Shown here: positions 20,247 through 31,242 of the stretch, piece after piece
Position numbering within the stretch: the first letter of the stretch is position 1
Layout of the letters: every line of letters begins with the position of its first letter
NCBI RefSeq assembly: GCF_000008645.1
Contig: NC_000916.1
Location: 600,001-632,000 of the forward strand
Direction of reading: 5' to 3'
Length of the DNA stretch: 32,000 nucleotides
DNA from: Methanothermobacter thermautotrophicus str. Delta H
GTDB lineage: Archaea; Methanobacteriota; Methanobacteria; Methanobacteriales; Methanothermobacteraceae
Program-made: the position numbers and the translations under genes
Notes under the pieces: generated by a model
The model's database searches: none
Told to the model about the DNA's origin: nothing
What the model saw: only the letters and a program-made list of their open reading frames with translations

Positions 20247-20909
20247 ATGAAGGCCATAGAAGTCAGGGACCTCAGAAAGAGTTTTGATAGCGGGAGGATA
20301 AGGGCCCTTAACGGGGTCAACCTTGAGGTCGATGGTGGAGAGTTCATATCAATAATGGGACCATCAGGTTCCGGTAAATCAACCCTCCTTAACATGATAG
20401 GCGCCCTTGACGTTCCTGACTCCGGCACGATCTGTGTAGCCGGCAGGGACCTCTCAAGGGAAAGGGATCTTAGCCGGCTGAGGGCCGAGGAGATAGGTTT
20501 CGTGTTCCAGCTGCACAACCTCATACCCAACCTTACGGCCCTTGAGAACGTGGAGATACCCATGTTTGCGGTTAAACATGAGAACATGGAGGAACGTGCC
20601 ATGGAGCTCCTTGAATATGTTGATCTCGCTGATAAGGCCCACAGGAAGCCCACGGAACTATCTGGTGGTGAACGCCAGAGGGTTGCCATTGCACGTGCCC
20701 TCGCCAATGATCCATCCATAATACTTGCAGATGAGCCAACAGGGTCCCTTGATTCAAGGACCAGCCAGAGAGTCCTCAGAAAGCTGAGGGAGCTCCAGGA
20801 GGACGAGGGGGTGACCCTGGTTGTTGTGACCCATGAACCAGACGTGGCTGCCATGGCCTCAAGGACCATCAGGATACTGGATGGCGTTATTGTGGACGAC
20901 GGGTATTGA
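20247..20909 (+). CDS. ABC transporter ATP-binding protein (LolD/MacB type)
   Basis: 220 aa; Walker A GPSGSGKST, signature LSGGERQRVAIARAL, Walker B IILADEPTGSLD. Confidence 0.96.
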   Translation: MKAIEVRDLRKSFDSGRIRALNGVNLEVDGGEFISIMGPSGSGKSTLLNMIGALDVPDSGTICVAGRDLSRERDLSRLRAEEIGFVFQLHNLIPNLTALENVEIPMFAVKHENMEERAMELLEYVDLADKAHRKPTELSGGERQRVAIARALANDPSIILADEPTGSLDSRTSQRVLRKLRELQEDEGVTLVVVTHEPDVAAMASRTIRILDGVIVDDGY

Positions 20910-21049
20910 ATACCTGCCCTGGACCTCTGTTGAGGGGGCAGATACCTCTTTCTTCTGAAGCCCCATCACCTGTAATAACAGGCCTCATGCAGTAGCTGAT
21001 CACACCAACACCCAAATTTTGATTAATAACTTCCAACATAGTACTGTAC

Positions 21050-21622
21050 ATGACAGAAAAACTCAGCGTGGCCTGGTGCATAACCGGGGCCGGGGAGAAA
21101 CTGACGGAAACCTACGCCATAATGAAGGATGTTAAGAAGATATACGGGGACCGTGTTAAAATAGACGTCTTCATATCGAAGGCAGGGGACCAGGTTGTGA
21201 AGTACTATGGACTCTACAGGGACCTGGAGACAAGCTTTGACAGGAAATGGGTTGAAATAAACGCAAATTCGCCATTCCTTGCAGGTCAGGTCCAGCTGGG
21301 AAAGTATGACTTCATACTTGTTGCGCCGTGCACATCCAACAGCACCGCCAAGATATCCCTGAGGATAGGGGATACACTCGTGACCAACGCCGTTATAATG
21401 GCACAGAAGGCCTCAGTACCTGTCTACATCATGCCATCTGACTACAGTGAGGGGAAGGTAGTAACAACACTCCCCAACGGTAAAAAACTGGAACTGCGGA
21501 TAACAAAGGAGGATGTTGAGCACGTGAAGAAGATATCAAAGATGGATAGGACAGAGGTCTTCAGTGACCCACAGAAGATATACAAGATATTTGAGGAGTG
21601 GACATACCCCAAGGATCAGTAG
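21050..21622 (+). CDS. AfpA/DmrB-like archaeal flavoprotein
   Basis: 190 aa; WCITGAGEKLTETYAIMKDV...LGKYDFILVAPCTSNSTAKISLRIGDTLVTNAVIMAQKASVPVYIMPSD, flavoprotein family. Confidence 0.82.
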   Translation: MTEKLSVAWCITGAGEKLTETYAIMKDVKKIYGDRVKIDVFISKAGDQVVKYYGLYRDLETSFDRKWVEINANSPFLAGQVQLGKYDFILVAPCTSNSTAKISLRIGDTLVTNAVIMAQKASVPVYIMPSDYSEGKVVTTLPNGKKLELRITKEDVEHVKKISKMDRTEVFSDPQKIYKIFEEWTYPKDQ

Positions 21623-21668
21623 GTTCCTGAATTTAGAGACCCTCACCCAAAAAAATAAAAATGAGGGA

Positions 21669-21995
21669 TTATTCCTGCAGTTCCTGGATGGTCACACCGT
21701 AGGTGTAGACCGTCATACCTTCCTCTTCCATCTGACTGAAGGGTGCTGTGCCCTTGAAGTAGGCCCTTATCTCACCAGTATCTGCAATGTCCATTGTGAG
21801 TGGTTCCATATCCGTCATTGACTCAAAGAAGGCCATGGCAGCGTCTATGTCCCCCTTATCCGGACTTTCAAATGTTATTGACAGTGTGCCCTTCTGTTTC
21901 TCCTTCATCCTCACCCGGGTCTGATTTATTTCAAAAACATTCTCCCCTCTGTTCCTGTTCCCGCTCTCCTTAACAAAAACAACTTTGTCGGACAT
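21669..21995 (-). CDS. Small protein of unknown function
   Basis: 108 aa from ATG 21995 (MSDKVVFVKESGNRNRGENVFEINQTRVRMKEKQKGTLSITFESPDKGD...); the track ORF to 22259 runs through the tandem repeat and is overextended. Confidence 0.65.
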   Translation of the reverse strand: MSDKVVFVKESGNRNRGENVFEINQTRVRMKEKQKGTLSITFESPDKGDIDAAMAFFESMTDMEPLTMDIADTGEIRAYFKGTAPFSQMEEEGMTVYTYGVTIQELQE

Positions 21996-22123
21996 TATAC
22001 AACCACCATAATAATATTGGCTGTTCTGTTTAATATATGTGGTGTTCAGTGAACATAAAACATAACTCTGCGGTGTCTGGAGGACAGTCATGGGCATGAA
22101 GACCCAATACCCCATGAAAATAG

Positions 22124-22275
22124 GACATATGTCCACCGGACCCCAGCGTATCTCAGGGATAAAAAAACAGCTGAAGAACAATGAACATAGGACACATGTC
22201 CACGGTGCCCCAGCGTATCTCAGGGATGAAGAACAGCTGAAGAATAATGAACATGACATATGTCCACGGTGCCCC
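22124..22275. repeat. Tandem repeat: units of 67 and 64 bp plus a 21-bp partial copy
   Basis: gacatatgtccaccggaccccagcgtatctcagggataaaaaaacagctgaagaacaatgaacatag at 22124-22190, near-identical copy at 22191-22254, partial copy from 22255. Confidence 0.9.
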
Positions 22276-22281
22276 CCCCCC
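22272..22281. repeat. C10 homopolymer tract
   Basis: Ten consecutive C on the + strand at the end of the tandem repeat. Confidence 0.85.
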
Positions 22282-22376
22282 TGAACATAGAACCTTCAGG
22301 GCCCAGCCAGTGATGTCAACTGAAAAGAGAGACTGAAGGACGAACCCTCCAGCTTCAAAAAAATGTGAATATTCCA

Positions 22377-22853
22377 CTAAAACTTGTAACCTATAACACG
22401 GAGGAATTTCTTCCTTGCAGCTATATCCTCATCACCCTCTATCTCCCCGGGACTGTTACCATCAATGACGCCCAGAATACCCCTTCCCTGATCCGTCTCT
22501 GCTATGATAACCTCAACTGGATTCGCTGTTGCACAGTAGATATTGACAACCTCCGGGACGTCCTTTATGCGCTGTAGGACGTTTATCGGGAATGCATCCT
22601 TCAGGAACACTATGAAGGAGTGTCCTGCTGCAATCTCAAGCATGGTCTCTGCAGCCAGTTCCTCGAGCTCCTCATCATTTCCCGCGCGCCTCACCAGGCA
22701 GTCCCCTGATGCCTCAGCAAATGCGATCCCAAATTTCGCCTGGGGAACCGTGTTCACAATTGCCTCATAGATGTCCTCGACCGTCTTTATGAAGTGGCTC
22801 TGTCCCAGTATGAGGTTGATATCCTCCCAGGACTCTATCTTAACCTTCTTTAA
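22377..22853 (-). CDS. Adenosine-specific kinase family protein (COG1839/DUF355)
   Basis: [92 protein letters not shown]; the track ORF extends to 22883, with an internal Met preferred at about 22856. Confidence 0.85.
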   Translation of the reverse strand, partial: LKKVKIESWEDINLILGQSHFIKTVEDIYEAIVNTVPQAKFGIAFAEASGDCLVRRAGNDEELEELAAETMLEIAAGHSFIVFLKDAFPINVLQRIKDVPEVVNIYCATANPVEVIIAETDQGRGILGVIDGNSPGEIEGDEDIAARKKFLRVIGYKF

Positions 22854-22947
22854 CTCCATTGGAAAGACCCTCCCTAGATACATATTTAATTATGTGGAAC
22901 TTAAACATTTAAGATGAGAAACTTTATTAAGGGAAGAGACATTTATC

Positions 22948-22966
22948 ATTAATAATCATTATTAAT
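22948..22966. promoter_or_regulatory. Perfect 9-1-9 palindrome ATTAATAAT-C-ATTATTAAT upstream of the XRE-cupin gene
   Basis: Read directly; ends 27 bp before the ATG at 22994 and lies about 20-25 bp downstream of a TATA-like sequence (tttattaa). Confidence 0.6.
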
Positions 22967-22993
22967 TTTTCCTGACGCTGATGAGGTGTAATC

Positions 22994-23542
22994 ATGAAAG
23001 AGAAAAGCAAGGAGATAGGTTCCCGTGTAAGGGAACTCAGGGAACTCTCAGAAATCACGGAAGAAGAGATGGCCGATTACCTGAAAATCGACGTTGAAAC
23101 GTACCGCCGCTATGAGACAGGAGAGGATGATATCCCTGCAAGCATACTCTTCGAGATAGCCCACAGGCTGGGTGTGGACATGGGACTGCTCCTCACAGGA
23201 GAGGAGACCCGTATGCACATCTTCACCGTAACCAGGAAGGGCAAGGGTGTGGAGGTTGAAAGAAGAAAACAGTACCGCTATGAGAACCTTGCAGAGAAGT
23301 TCATACACAAGAAGGCTGAACCCTTCATAGTCACAGTCGAACCCCGGGAGGAGAAACCAAAAACCAACAGCCACCCTGGCCAGGAATTCAACTACGTCCT
23401 TGAGGGGCGCATAAAGTTCTACATACACGACAATGAGATAATACTCAACGAAGGGGACTCCATATTCTTTGACTCATCCTATGAACACGCCATGGAGGCC
23501 CTGGACGGCAAAAAGGCAAGGTTCCTGGCAATAATAATGTAG
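22994..23542 (+). CDS. XRE-family regulator with C-terminal cupin domain
   Basis: 182 aa; [47 protein letters not shown] and cupin [45 protein letters not shown]. Confidence 0.94.
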   Translation: MKEKSKEIGSRVRELRELSEITEEEMADYLKIDVETYRRYETGEDDIPASILFEIAHRLGVDMGLLLTGEETRMHIFTVTRKGKGVEVERRKQYRYENLAEKFIHKKAEPFIVTVEPREEKPKTNSHPGQEFNYVLEGRIKFYIHDNEIILNEGDSIFFDSSYEHAMEALDGKKARFLAIIM

Positions 23543-23552
23543 AGGTGTACCT

Positions 23553-25232
23553 ATGACTGCTCTCATCAACGAATTCGTGAACCGTGTTGAATTTGATTCA
23601 TACGAGGATTTCCGTGACAACTTCAGAATAAATGTCCCCGAAAACTTCAACTTCGCATACGATGTGGTTGACAGATACGCTGAAATTGAACCTGATAAGG
23701 TGGCCCTGGTCTGGTGCAACGACCATGGCGAGGAGAAAAGGATAACCTTCGGTGAACTCCGGGACCTATCCAGCAGGGCCGCGAATTTCTTCACCAAGGA
23801 GGGTATACAGAAGGGTGACACAGTCATGCTGACCCTCAAGGCAAGGTATGACTTCTGGTACGCCCTCCTGGGGCTCCACAGGATAGGGGCCATAGCAATC
23901 CCGGCCACACACATGCTCAAGGAGAAGGACATCGTCTACCGTATAAGGGAGGCGGACATAAAGATGGTTGTCTGCATAGCAGAGGACGGTGTCCCTGAAG
24001 TATTTGAGGGAGCCATCGCTGAACTGGGCTCAGATACCCGGAGGGTCCTGGTTGGTGACACTGATAGGGACGGCTGGATAAATCTCAGAAAAGAAATCAT
24101 GAAACTTCCAGCCGACTTCGAAAGGCCAGAGGCCTGTGCCGGTGGGGATGACACCCTCATCGTCTACTTCTCATCGGGCACAACAGGAATGCCCAAGATG
24201 ATAGAACACGACCACACCTATCCCCTGGGCCATATAATAACAGCGAAGTACTGGCAGAACGTCAGGGAGGACGGCCTCCACTACACGGTTGCAGACACCG
24301 GCTGGGCAAAGGCCATGTGGGGTCAGATCTACGGTCAGTGGATAGCTGGAAGCGCTGTCTTCGTCTATGACTATGACCGCTTTGACCCTGAGAAGATGCT
24401 GGAGAAACTTGAAAAATACGAGATAACCACATTCTGCGCCCCTCCAACGATATACAGGTTTCTCATAAAGGAGGACCTGTCAAGATATGACCTCTCAGGA
24501 ATCGAATATGCTGTTACAGCTGGGGAGCCCCTGAACCCCGAGGTATTTGAGAGGTTCCGGGAACACACCGGCCTCCAGCTAATGGAGGGATTCGGGCAGA
24601 CAGAATGCGTTGTGTGCATAGCAAACTTCCCGTGGATGGAGCCAAAACCTGGTTCAATGGGCAAGCCATCCCCCGGCTACCCTGTTGAACTGGTGGACAG
24701 GAACGGTGACCCTGTGGACGTCGGTGAGGAGGGTGAGATAGTCATAAGAACCGCTGAGGGCAAACCCCTCGGTCTCTTCAACGGATACTACAGGAACCCT
24801 GAGAAGACCTCAGAGGTATGGCACGACTGATACTACCACACAGGGGACACCGCCTGGATGGATGAAGACGGCTACATGTGGTTCGTTGGGAGAACAGATG
24901 ACATCATAAAGAGTTCCGGTTACCGTATAGGGCCCTTCGAGGTTGAAAGTGCCATCATATCCCACCCATCGGTCCTGGAGTGTGCAGTAACAGGATACCC
25001 TGACCCCATAAGGGGACAGGTTGTGAAGGCCACCATCGTCCTTGCCAGGGGCTATGAACCCTCAGAGGAGCTGAAAAAGGAGATCCAGGACCATGTTAAG
25101 CGTGTGACCGCGCCCTACAAGTACCCGAGGATAGTTGAATTCGTTGATGAGCTGCCCAAGACCATAAGCGGTAAGATAAGGCGTGTCGAGATCCGTGAAC
25201 ATGACCTTGAAGGAGACGGTGAAAACCCATGA
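23553..25232 (+). CDS. AMP-forming acyl-CoA synthetase (acetyl/medium-chain type), interrupted by an in-frame TGA at 24828-24830
   Basis: Fragment 1 23553-24830 ([22 protein letters not shown]...LMEGFGQTE...[11 protein letters not shown]), same frame continues [41 protein letters not shown]...[15 protein letters not shown] to 25232. Confidence 0.92.
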
Positions 25233-25468
25233 AGAAGGCCTATCCTGTAATAAACAGTGTGGAGTGCAAGGCATGTGAACGCTGCATAATCGCATGCCCC
25301 AGGAAGGTCCTCCAGATGAGCAGCAAAATCAATGAGAGGGGCTATCACTACGTTGAGTACCGGGGAGAGGGGTGCAATGGATGCGGAAACTGCTACTACA
25401 CCTGCCCCGAGATAAACGCCATTGAGGTCCACATAGAGAGGTGTGAAGATGGCAACACAGATGGTTAA
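25229..25468 (+). CDS. vorC: 2-oxoisovalerate ferredoxin oxidoreductase subunit VorC (2x[4Fe-4S] ferredoxin)
   Basis: 79 aa; two CxxCxxC type clusters ([13 protein letters not shown]; [13 protein letters not shown]); followed by VorB and VorA. Confidence 0.85.
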
Positions 25469-26507
25469 GGGAAACACTGCGGTGATAATAGGGGCAATGT
25501 ATGCTGGCTGCGACTGCTACTTCGGCTACCCCATAACACCGGCAAGTGAGATACTCCATGAGGCTTCAAGGTACTTCCCAATGGTGGGAAGGAAATTCGT
25601 GCAGGCAGAATCAGAGGAGGCAGCCATAAACATGGTATACGGTGCAGCCGCAGCAGGGCACAGGGTAATGACAGCATCATCAGGGCCCGGCATAAGTCTG
25701 AAACAGGAGGGGATCTCCTTCCTTGCCGGTGCAGAGCTCCCTGCAGTCATAGTGGATGTGATGAGGGCCGGTCCGGGTCTCGGAAATATTGGACCGGAGC
25801 AGGGAGACTACAACCAGATTGTGAAGGGCGGAGGGCACGGAAACTACCGTAACATGGTACTGGCACCCAGCAGCGTCCAGGAGATGTGCGACCTCACAAT
25901 GGAGGCCTTTGAACTGGCAGATAAGTACAGGAACCCTGTGGTTGTCCTCACAGATGCCGTGCTCGGTCAGATGGCTGAACCACTGCGCTTCCCGGAGGAG
26001 GCAGTTGAGCACAGACCAGACACCTCATGGGCTGTCTGCGGTAACAGGGAGACAATGAAAAACCTTGTAACCTCAATATTCCTTGACTTTGATGAGCTTG
26101 AGGAGTTCAACTTCTACCTCCAGGAGAAGTATGCCAGGATAGAGGAGAACGAGGTGAGATACGAGGAGTATCTGGTGGATGATGCAGAGATCGTCATGGT
26201 GGCCTATGGTATAAGCAGCAGGGTGGCCAGGAGCGCCGTTGAAACTGCGAGGGCAGAGGGTATAAATGTGGGCCTCCTCAGACCCATAACACTCTTCCCG
26301 TTCCCATCAGACAGAATCCGTGAACTTGCAGATGGTGGCTGCAGGTTCATATCAGTTGAGATGAGCAGCGGACAGATGAGGGAGGATATAAGGATGGCCT
26401 CAGGCTGCAGGGACGTTGAACTCGTTAACAGGATGGGTGGAAACCTTATAGAACTCAGGGATGTTCTTGAGAAGATCAGAGAAGTTGCGGGGGATTCCAG
26501 TGACTAA
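25443..26507 (+). CDS. vorB: 2-oxoisovalerate ferredoxin oxidoreductase subunit VorB
   Basis: 354 aa; [33 protein letters not shown]...[33 protein letters not shown], typical 2-oxoacid:ferredoxin oxidoreductase alpha-type domain. Confidence 0.88.
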
Positions 26508-27933
26508 GAAGGTGATCAGAAAGCCGGATTCACTCCACGATGTATTTGAGAGGAAGGGTGGAAGCGCACCCACAGCAACACACTACTGTGCAGGATGCGG
26601 GCACGGTATACTGCACAAGCTGATAGGGGAAGCCATGGATGAACTCGGGATACAGGAAAGGGCCGTCATGATAAGTCCGGTGGGCTGCGCGGTATTCGCC
26701 TACTACTACTTTGACTGTGGAAACGTCCAGGTGGCCCATGGCCGCGCCCCTGCCGTTGGAACAGGGATATCCCGTGCAGAGGACGACGCGGTTGTCATAC
26801 TCTACCAGGGCGACGGGGACCTTGCATCAATCGGCCTCAACGAGACCATACAGGCAGCCAACCGCGGGGAGAAACTTGCGGTGTTCTTCGTAAACAACAC
26901 CGTCTACGGTATGACCGGAGGCCAGATGGCACCAACAACCCTTGTAGGTGAGGTGACTGTCACCTGCCCCACCGGCAGGGATCCCAGGTACGCAGGTTAC
27001 CCCCTCCACATGTGCGAACTTCTGGACAACCTTCAGGCCCCTGTATTCATAGAACGGGTGTCACTGGCAGACCCCAAGCGGATAAGAAGGGCAAGAAGGG
27101 CCATTAAAAGGGCACTGGAGATCCAGAGAGATGGTAAAGGATACGCATTCGTTGAGGTACTGTCTCCCTGCCCCACAAATCTCAGACAGGACGCTGAAGG
27201 TGCAGAAAGGTTCCTCAAGGAGGAGATGGAGAAGGAATTCCCTGTAAAGAACTTCAGGGACCGTTCAGCCGAAACAGAGCCGCTGATAAGGTCAGAGAGT
27301 GACTTCTCTAGGGAGAGTCTTGACAGGATATTCCAGATCAGGGAGGACTCCGTCCCGGACCCTGTGGATGACCCTGAATTCCCTGAGGTGAGGGTGAAGA
27401 TTGCAGGTTTCGGTGGTCAGGGCGTCCTGAGCATGGGACTGACACTCGCCCAGGCAGCCTGCAGCGAGGGCAGACACACATCCTGGTACCCTGCCTATGG
27501 CCCCGAACAGAGGGGGGGCACCTCAAGCTGCGGCGTTGTTATATCCGGTGAAAGGGTGGGTTCACCTGCAGTTGACACACCCGACGTCCTGGTGGCCCTC
27601 AACCAGCCATCACTCGATGAATTCGCAGATGACGTGGCCGATGGGGGAATCATACTCTATGACTCCACAACAGCCAGCTTCAGTGGTGGTGCCGTGAGGG
27701 CCATGGGTGTGCCCGCCCTTGAGATCGCAAGGAAACATGGAACAGCAAGGGCCGCCAACACGGTCATGCTGGGGGTTATGATGGCCCTCGGACTCACAGG
27801 CCTTGATGAGGAATCATTCAGGGAGGCCATAAAATTCACCTTCGCAGGTAAGGAAAAGATCATAGATATGAACCTGAGGATCCTTGAGGCAGGTGCAGAG
27901 TGGGCAAGAGAAAACATTGAGGGGGAATTATAA
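26500..27933 (+). CDS. vorA: 2-oxoisovalerate ferredoxin oxidoreductase subunit VorA (TPP-binding domain fused to gamma domain)
   Basis: About 477 aa from GTG 26500; [25 protein letters not shown]...[30 protein letters not shown] and C-terminal [25 protein letters not shown]. Confidence 0.88.
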   Translation: MTKKVIRKPDSLHDVFERKGGSAPTATHYCAGCGHGILHKLIGEAMDELGIQERAVMISPVGCAVFAYYYFDCGNVQVAHGRAPAVGTGISRAEDDAVVILYQGDGDLASIGLNETIQAANRGEKLAVFFVNNTVYGMTGGQMAPTTLVGEVTVTCPTGRDPRYAGYPLHMCELLDNLQAPVFIERVSLADPKRIRRARRAIKRALEIQRDGKGYAFVEVLSPCPTNLRQDAEGAERFLKEEMEKEFPVKNFRDRSAETEPLIRSESDFSRESLDRIFQIREDSVPDPVDDPEFPEVRVKIAGFGGQGVLSMGLTLAQAACSEGRHTSWYPAYGPEQRGGTSSCGVVISGERVGSPAVDTPDVLVALNQPSLDEFADDVADGGIILYDSTTASFSGGAVRAMGVPALEIARKHGTARAANTVMLGVMMALGLTGLDEESFREAIKFTFAGKEKIIDMNLRILEAGAEWARENIEGEL

Positions 27934-29240
27934 TGTCCTACCAGGGAAGAGCAAGGAAATTCCTGGAATCAGCCTCCATAGATGTGGGGGACATGGTGCT
28001 GGTTGAGAAACCAGACGTCACCTATGAGGGCATGGTCCTTGACCGTGCAGACGATGCAGATGACAGACACATAGTCCTGAAACTTGAAAACGGTTACAAT
28101 ATCGGAGTTGAAATCAGCGATGCGCGGATAGAGCTCCTTGAGAAGGGATCCGAGCCAAGGATAGAACTCCCGCCAGTTGAAGCCGCTGAAGATCCAGAAT
28201 TACCTGATGTATCAATAATATCAACAGGTGGTACCGTTGCATCCATAATAGATTACCGCACAGGGGCTGTTCACCCTGCATTCACAGCAGATGACCTTCT
28301 CCGTGCAAACCCCGAACTCCTGGACATTGCAAATATAAGGGGGCGTGCAGTTTTCAACATACTCAGCGAGAACATGAAACCAGAATACTGGGTCGAAACA
28401 GCCAGGGCAGTTTACGGTGAGATAAAGGATGGTGCAGATGGGGTGGTGGTAGCCCATGGAACAGACACCATGCACTACACCTCAGCCGCCCTCAGTTTCA
28501 TGCTCAGGACCCCGGTACCTGTGGTATTCACCGGCGCCCAGAGGAGCTCAGACAGACCCTCCTCAGATGCAAGCCTCAACATACAGTGCTCTGTCAGGGC
28601 AGCGACCTCAGAAATCGCAGAGGTCACAGTCTGCATGCACGCGACCATGGACGACCTCAGCTGCCACCTCCACCGGGGCGTGAAGGTGAGGAAGATGCAC
28701 ACATCCCGGAGGGACACCTTCAGAAGCATGAACGCCCTTCCCCTTGCAGAGGTGACACCCGATGGCATTAAAATCCTCGAGGAAAACTACAGAAAAAGGG
28801 GCTCAGATGAACTGGAACTCAGCGACCGCGTGGAGGAGAGGGTCGCCTTCATAAAGAGCTACCCTGGAATATCCCCTGATATCATAAAATGGCACCTCGA
28901 TGAGGGCTACAGGGGTATCGTCATTGAGGGCACAGGCCTCGGTCACTGCCCTGACACCCTGATACCGGTCATAGGGGAGGCCCATGATATGGGAGTCCCT
29001 GTGGCAATGACGTCCCAGTGCCTGAACGGAAGGGTGAACATGAACGTCTACAGTACAGGGCGAAGACTGCTGCAGGCAGGTGTCATACCCTGCGATGACA
29101 TGCTCCCGGAGGTTGCCTACGTGAAGATGTGCTGGGTCCTGGGACAGACAGATGACCCTGAAATGGCCCGTGAGATGATGAGGGAGAACATTGCAGGTGA
29201 GATCAATGAGAGGACATCGATAGCATACTTCAGGGGATGA
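27933..29240 (+). CDS. gatD: Glutamyl-tRNA(Gln) amidotransferase subunit D
   Basis: 435 aa; asparaginase-like [29 protein letters not shown]...[20 protein letters not shown]; ATG overlaps the vorA stop (TAATG). Confidence 0.96.
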   Translation: MSYQGRARKFLESASIDVGDMVLVEKPDVTYEGMVLDRADDADDRHIVLKLENGYNIGVEISDARIELLEKGSEPRIELPPVEAAEDPELPDVSIISTGGTVASIIDYRTGAVHPAFTADDLLRANPELLDIANIRGRAVFNILSENMKPEYWVETARAVYGEIKDGADGVVVAHGTDTMHYTSAALSFMLRTPVPVVFTGAQRSSDRPSSDASLNIQCSVRAATSEIAEVTVCMHATMDDLSCHLHRGVKVRKMHTSRRDTFRSMNALPLAEVTPDGIKILEENYRKRGSDELELSDRVEERVAFIKSYPGISPDIIKWHLDEGYRGIVIEGTGLGHCPDTLIPVIGEAHDMGVPVAMTSQCLNGRVNMNVYSTGRRLLQAGVIPCDDMLPEVAYVKMCWVLGQTDDPEMAREMMRENIAGEINERTSIAYFRG

Positions 29241-29244
29241 TACA

Positions 29245-31104
29245 ATGGACTGGGAAAAAGTAGGACTCAAAATGGGCCTTGAAATACACCAGCAGCTTGA
29301 TACAGAGAGCAAACTCTTCTGTCCCTGCAGAACAGAGCTCACTGACTCTGAACCCGACCATGATATTGTGAGGAACCTCAGGCCAACCCAGAGCGAGCTC
29401 GGAAAATTCGACAGAGCAGCCTTCGAGGAGGCCATGAGGAAGCTCCACTTCCACTACGAGAACTACCACGAGGAAACATGCCTCGTTGAGGCTGATGAGG
29501 AGCCGCCGCACCCCCTGAACCCTGAGGCACTTGAAATCGCAGTTACAATCGCACTCCTCCTCAATATGAGGGTTGTTGATGAGTTCCACACCATGAGGAA
29601 GCAGGTGATCGATGGAAGTAACACCGGAGGATTCCAGAGGACAGGTCTTGTTGCAACCGACGGACACCTCGAAACCCCCCAGGGAACAGTTAAAATAGAG
29701 AACCTCTGCCTTGAGGAGGACGCCGCCAGGAGGATCAGGGAGACAGGGGACGGCGTGGTCTTCAGACTGGACCGCCTGGGCATACCCCTCGTTGAGATAA
29801 CCACCGACCCATCAATGAGCGACCCACAGCAGCTGAGGGAGGTTGCCTACCAGATAGGGCAGATCCTGAGGAGCACCAGGGTCAAGAGGGGCCTTGGAAC
29901 CATAAGGCAGGACCTCAACATATCCATACGTGATGGTGCCCGGGTGGAGGTTAAGGGGGTCCAGGACCTTGACCTCATACCCGAGATAGTTGAGAGGGAG
30001 GTTAAGAGGCAGCTCAGTCTGGTTGAGATAAGGGACACCCTCCAGGAGAGGGGTGCTGTGGTTGAGGATAAGATATTCGATGTGTCAGAGGTCTTCGCAG
30101 ATACAGAATCCAGGATAATCTCCTCGGCGGAGTCTGTACTCGCAGTTAAACTGAGGGGCTTTGATGGTCTCATAGGGGTTGAAATCCAGCCAGGAAGGCG
30201 TCTCGGCACCGAGATGGCTGATTATGCTAAAAAGCGGGGTGTGAGTGGCATATTCCACACCGATGAACTCCCTGCCTACGGTATAACAGAGGAAGAGGTT
30301 CGGGGCCTCAGGGATGCCGTGGGTGCCTCCCAGGGTGATGCGGTTGTCATGGTTGCCCATGAAAGGGTCACCGCCGAGAATGCCCTCAGGGAGGTTATAA
30401 GGCGTGCGGAGATGGCAATCCAGGGTGTGCCTGAGGAGACAAGGAAGGCGCTGCCTGACGGTAACACACAGTACCTCAGGCCCCTGCCAACCTCAAGCAG
30501 GATGTACCTTGAAACAGACATACCCTTATTCCGGATAGAGGATGACCTCCTGGAGGGCATCAGGAGGAACCTGCCTGAACTCCCCTCAGAGAAGAAGGAG
30601 AGGATAATGAGGGACTACGGTCTGAGTGAGGACCTGGCATCACAGCTCGTTAAGCGTAACCTTGTTGATGAATTTGAGGCCCTTACAGAATTCAGGGTCG
30701 ATACCACTGTCATAGCATCACTCCTGGCCTACACCCTGAGGGAGCTCAGGAGGGAGGGCCATGATGTGGACGGGCTGGGCCTTGATGAACTGAGAGACGC
30801 CATTAAACTCCTTGAGGTCGGTAAGATCTCAAAGGATGCCCTCAGGGACATAGTGGCCTGCATGGCTGATGAGGGCCTTGCAGCGGAGGATGCTGCTCGT
30901 AAGCTCAACCTCCTGCTCCTCGCTGAGGATGAGATCGAGTCCATAATCCAGGAGATCGTTGAGGGTAACCTTGATATGATCTCTGAGAGGGGTATGGGTG
31001 CCATGGGTCCTCTGATGGGGCAGGCCATGGGCAGGCTCCGTGGAAGGGCAGATGGTAAGGTTGTAAACAGGATCCTCCGGGAGAAGATCCAGGAGAGGCT
31101 CTGA
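29245..31104 (+). CDS. gatE: Glutamyl-tRNA(Gln) amidotransferase subunit E
   Basis: 619 aa; [33 protein letters not shown]...[33 protein letters not shown]. Confidence 0.96.
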   Translation: MDWEKVGLKMGLEIHQQLDTESKLFCPCRTELTDSEPDHDIVRNLRPTQSELGKFDRAAFEEAMRKLHFHYENYHEETCLVEADEEPPHPLNPEALEIAVTIALLLNMRVVDEFHTMRKQVIDGSNTGGFQRTGLVATDGHLETPQGTVKIENLCLEEDAARRIRETGDGVVFRLDRLGIPLVEITTDPSMSDPQQLREVAYQIGQILRSTRVKRGLGTIRQDLNISIRDGARVEVKGVQDLDLIPEIVEREVKRQLSLVEIRDTLQERGAVVEDKIFDVSEVFADTESRIISSAESVLAVKLRGFDGLIGVEIQPGRRLGTEMADYAKKRGVSGIFHTDELPAYGITEEEVRGLRDAVGASQGDAVVMVAHERVTAENALREVIRRAEMAIQGVPEETRKALPDGNTQYLRPLPTSSRMYLETDIPLFRIEDDLLEGIRRNLPELPSEKKERIMRDYGLSEDLASQLVKRNLVDEFEALTEFRVDTTVIASLLAYTLRELRREGHDVDGLGLDELRDAIKLLEVGKISKDALRDIVACMADEGLAAEDAARKLNLLLLAEDEIESIIQEIVEGNLDMISERGMGAMGPLMGQAMGRLRGRADGKVVNRILREKIQERL

Positions 31105-31116
31105 AAAAACCAGCCC

Positions 31117-31126
31117 CCTTTTTTTA
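31117..31126 (+). terminator. Putative archaeal T-rich terminator after gatE
   Basis: cccccttttttt tract just downstream of the gatE stop codon. Confidence 0.45.
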
Positions 31127-31242
31127 TTATTGAGGGTGCTCAGCAGACCCTAAAGCTCCACCTCCTTTTTAATATGAACCGGTTAACTGAATGTGAAATC
31201 TTTATCTCCACCGGTGACCAAGATAATGATTAAGGTGGTATG

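Noticed and set aside
22124-22275. CRISPR array
   Set aside because: Only two full units and a partial one, directly abutting with no unique spacers, and no cas genes in the window.
22153-22377. 74-aa minus-strand ORF with FFIPEIRWG repeats
   Set aside because: The peptide repeat is merely the DNA tandem repeat translated; frame is interrupted and no plausible RBS.
24262-24664. Antisense minus-strand ORFs in the acyl-CoA synthetase region
   Set aside because: Low-complexity translations and overlap with a strongly conserved coding frame on the plus strand.
24828-24830. TGA as selenocysteine or TAA/TGA as pyrrolysine-type recoding
   Set aside because: The expected residue is Gly rather than Cys/Sec, the stop is not TAG, and Methanothermobacter is not known to use Sec. 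An error or mutation is simpler.
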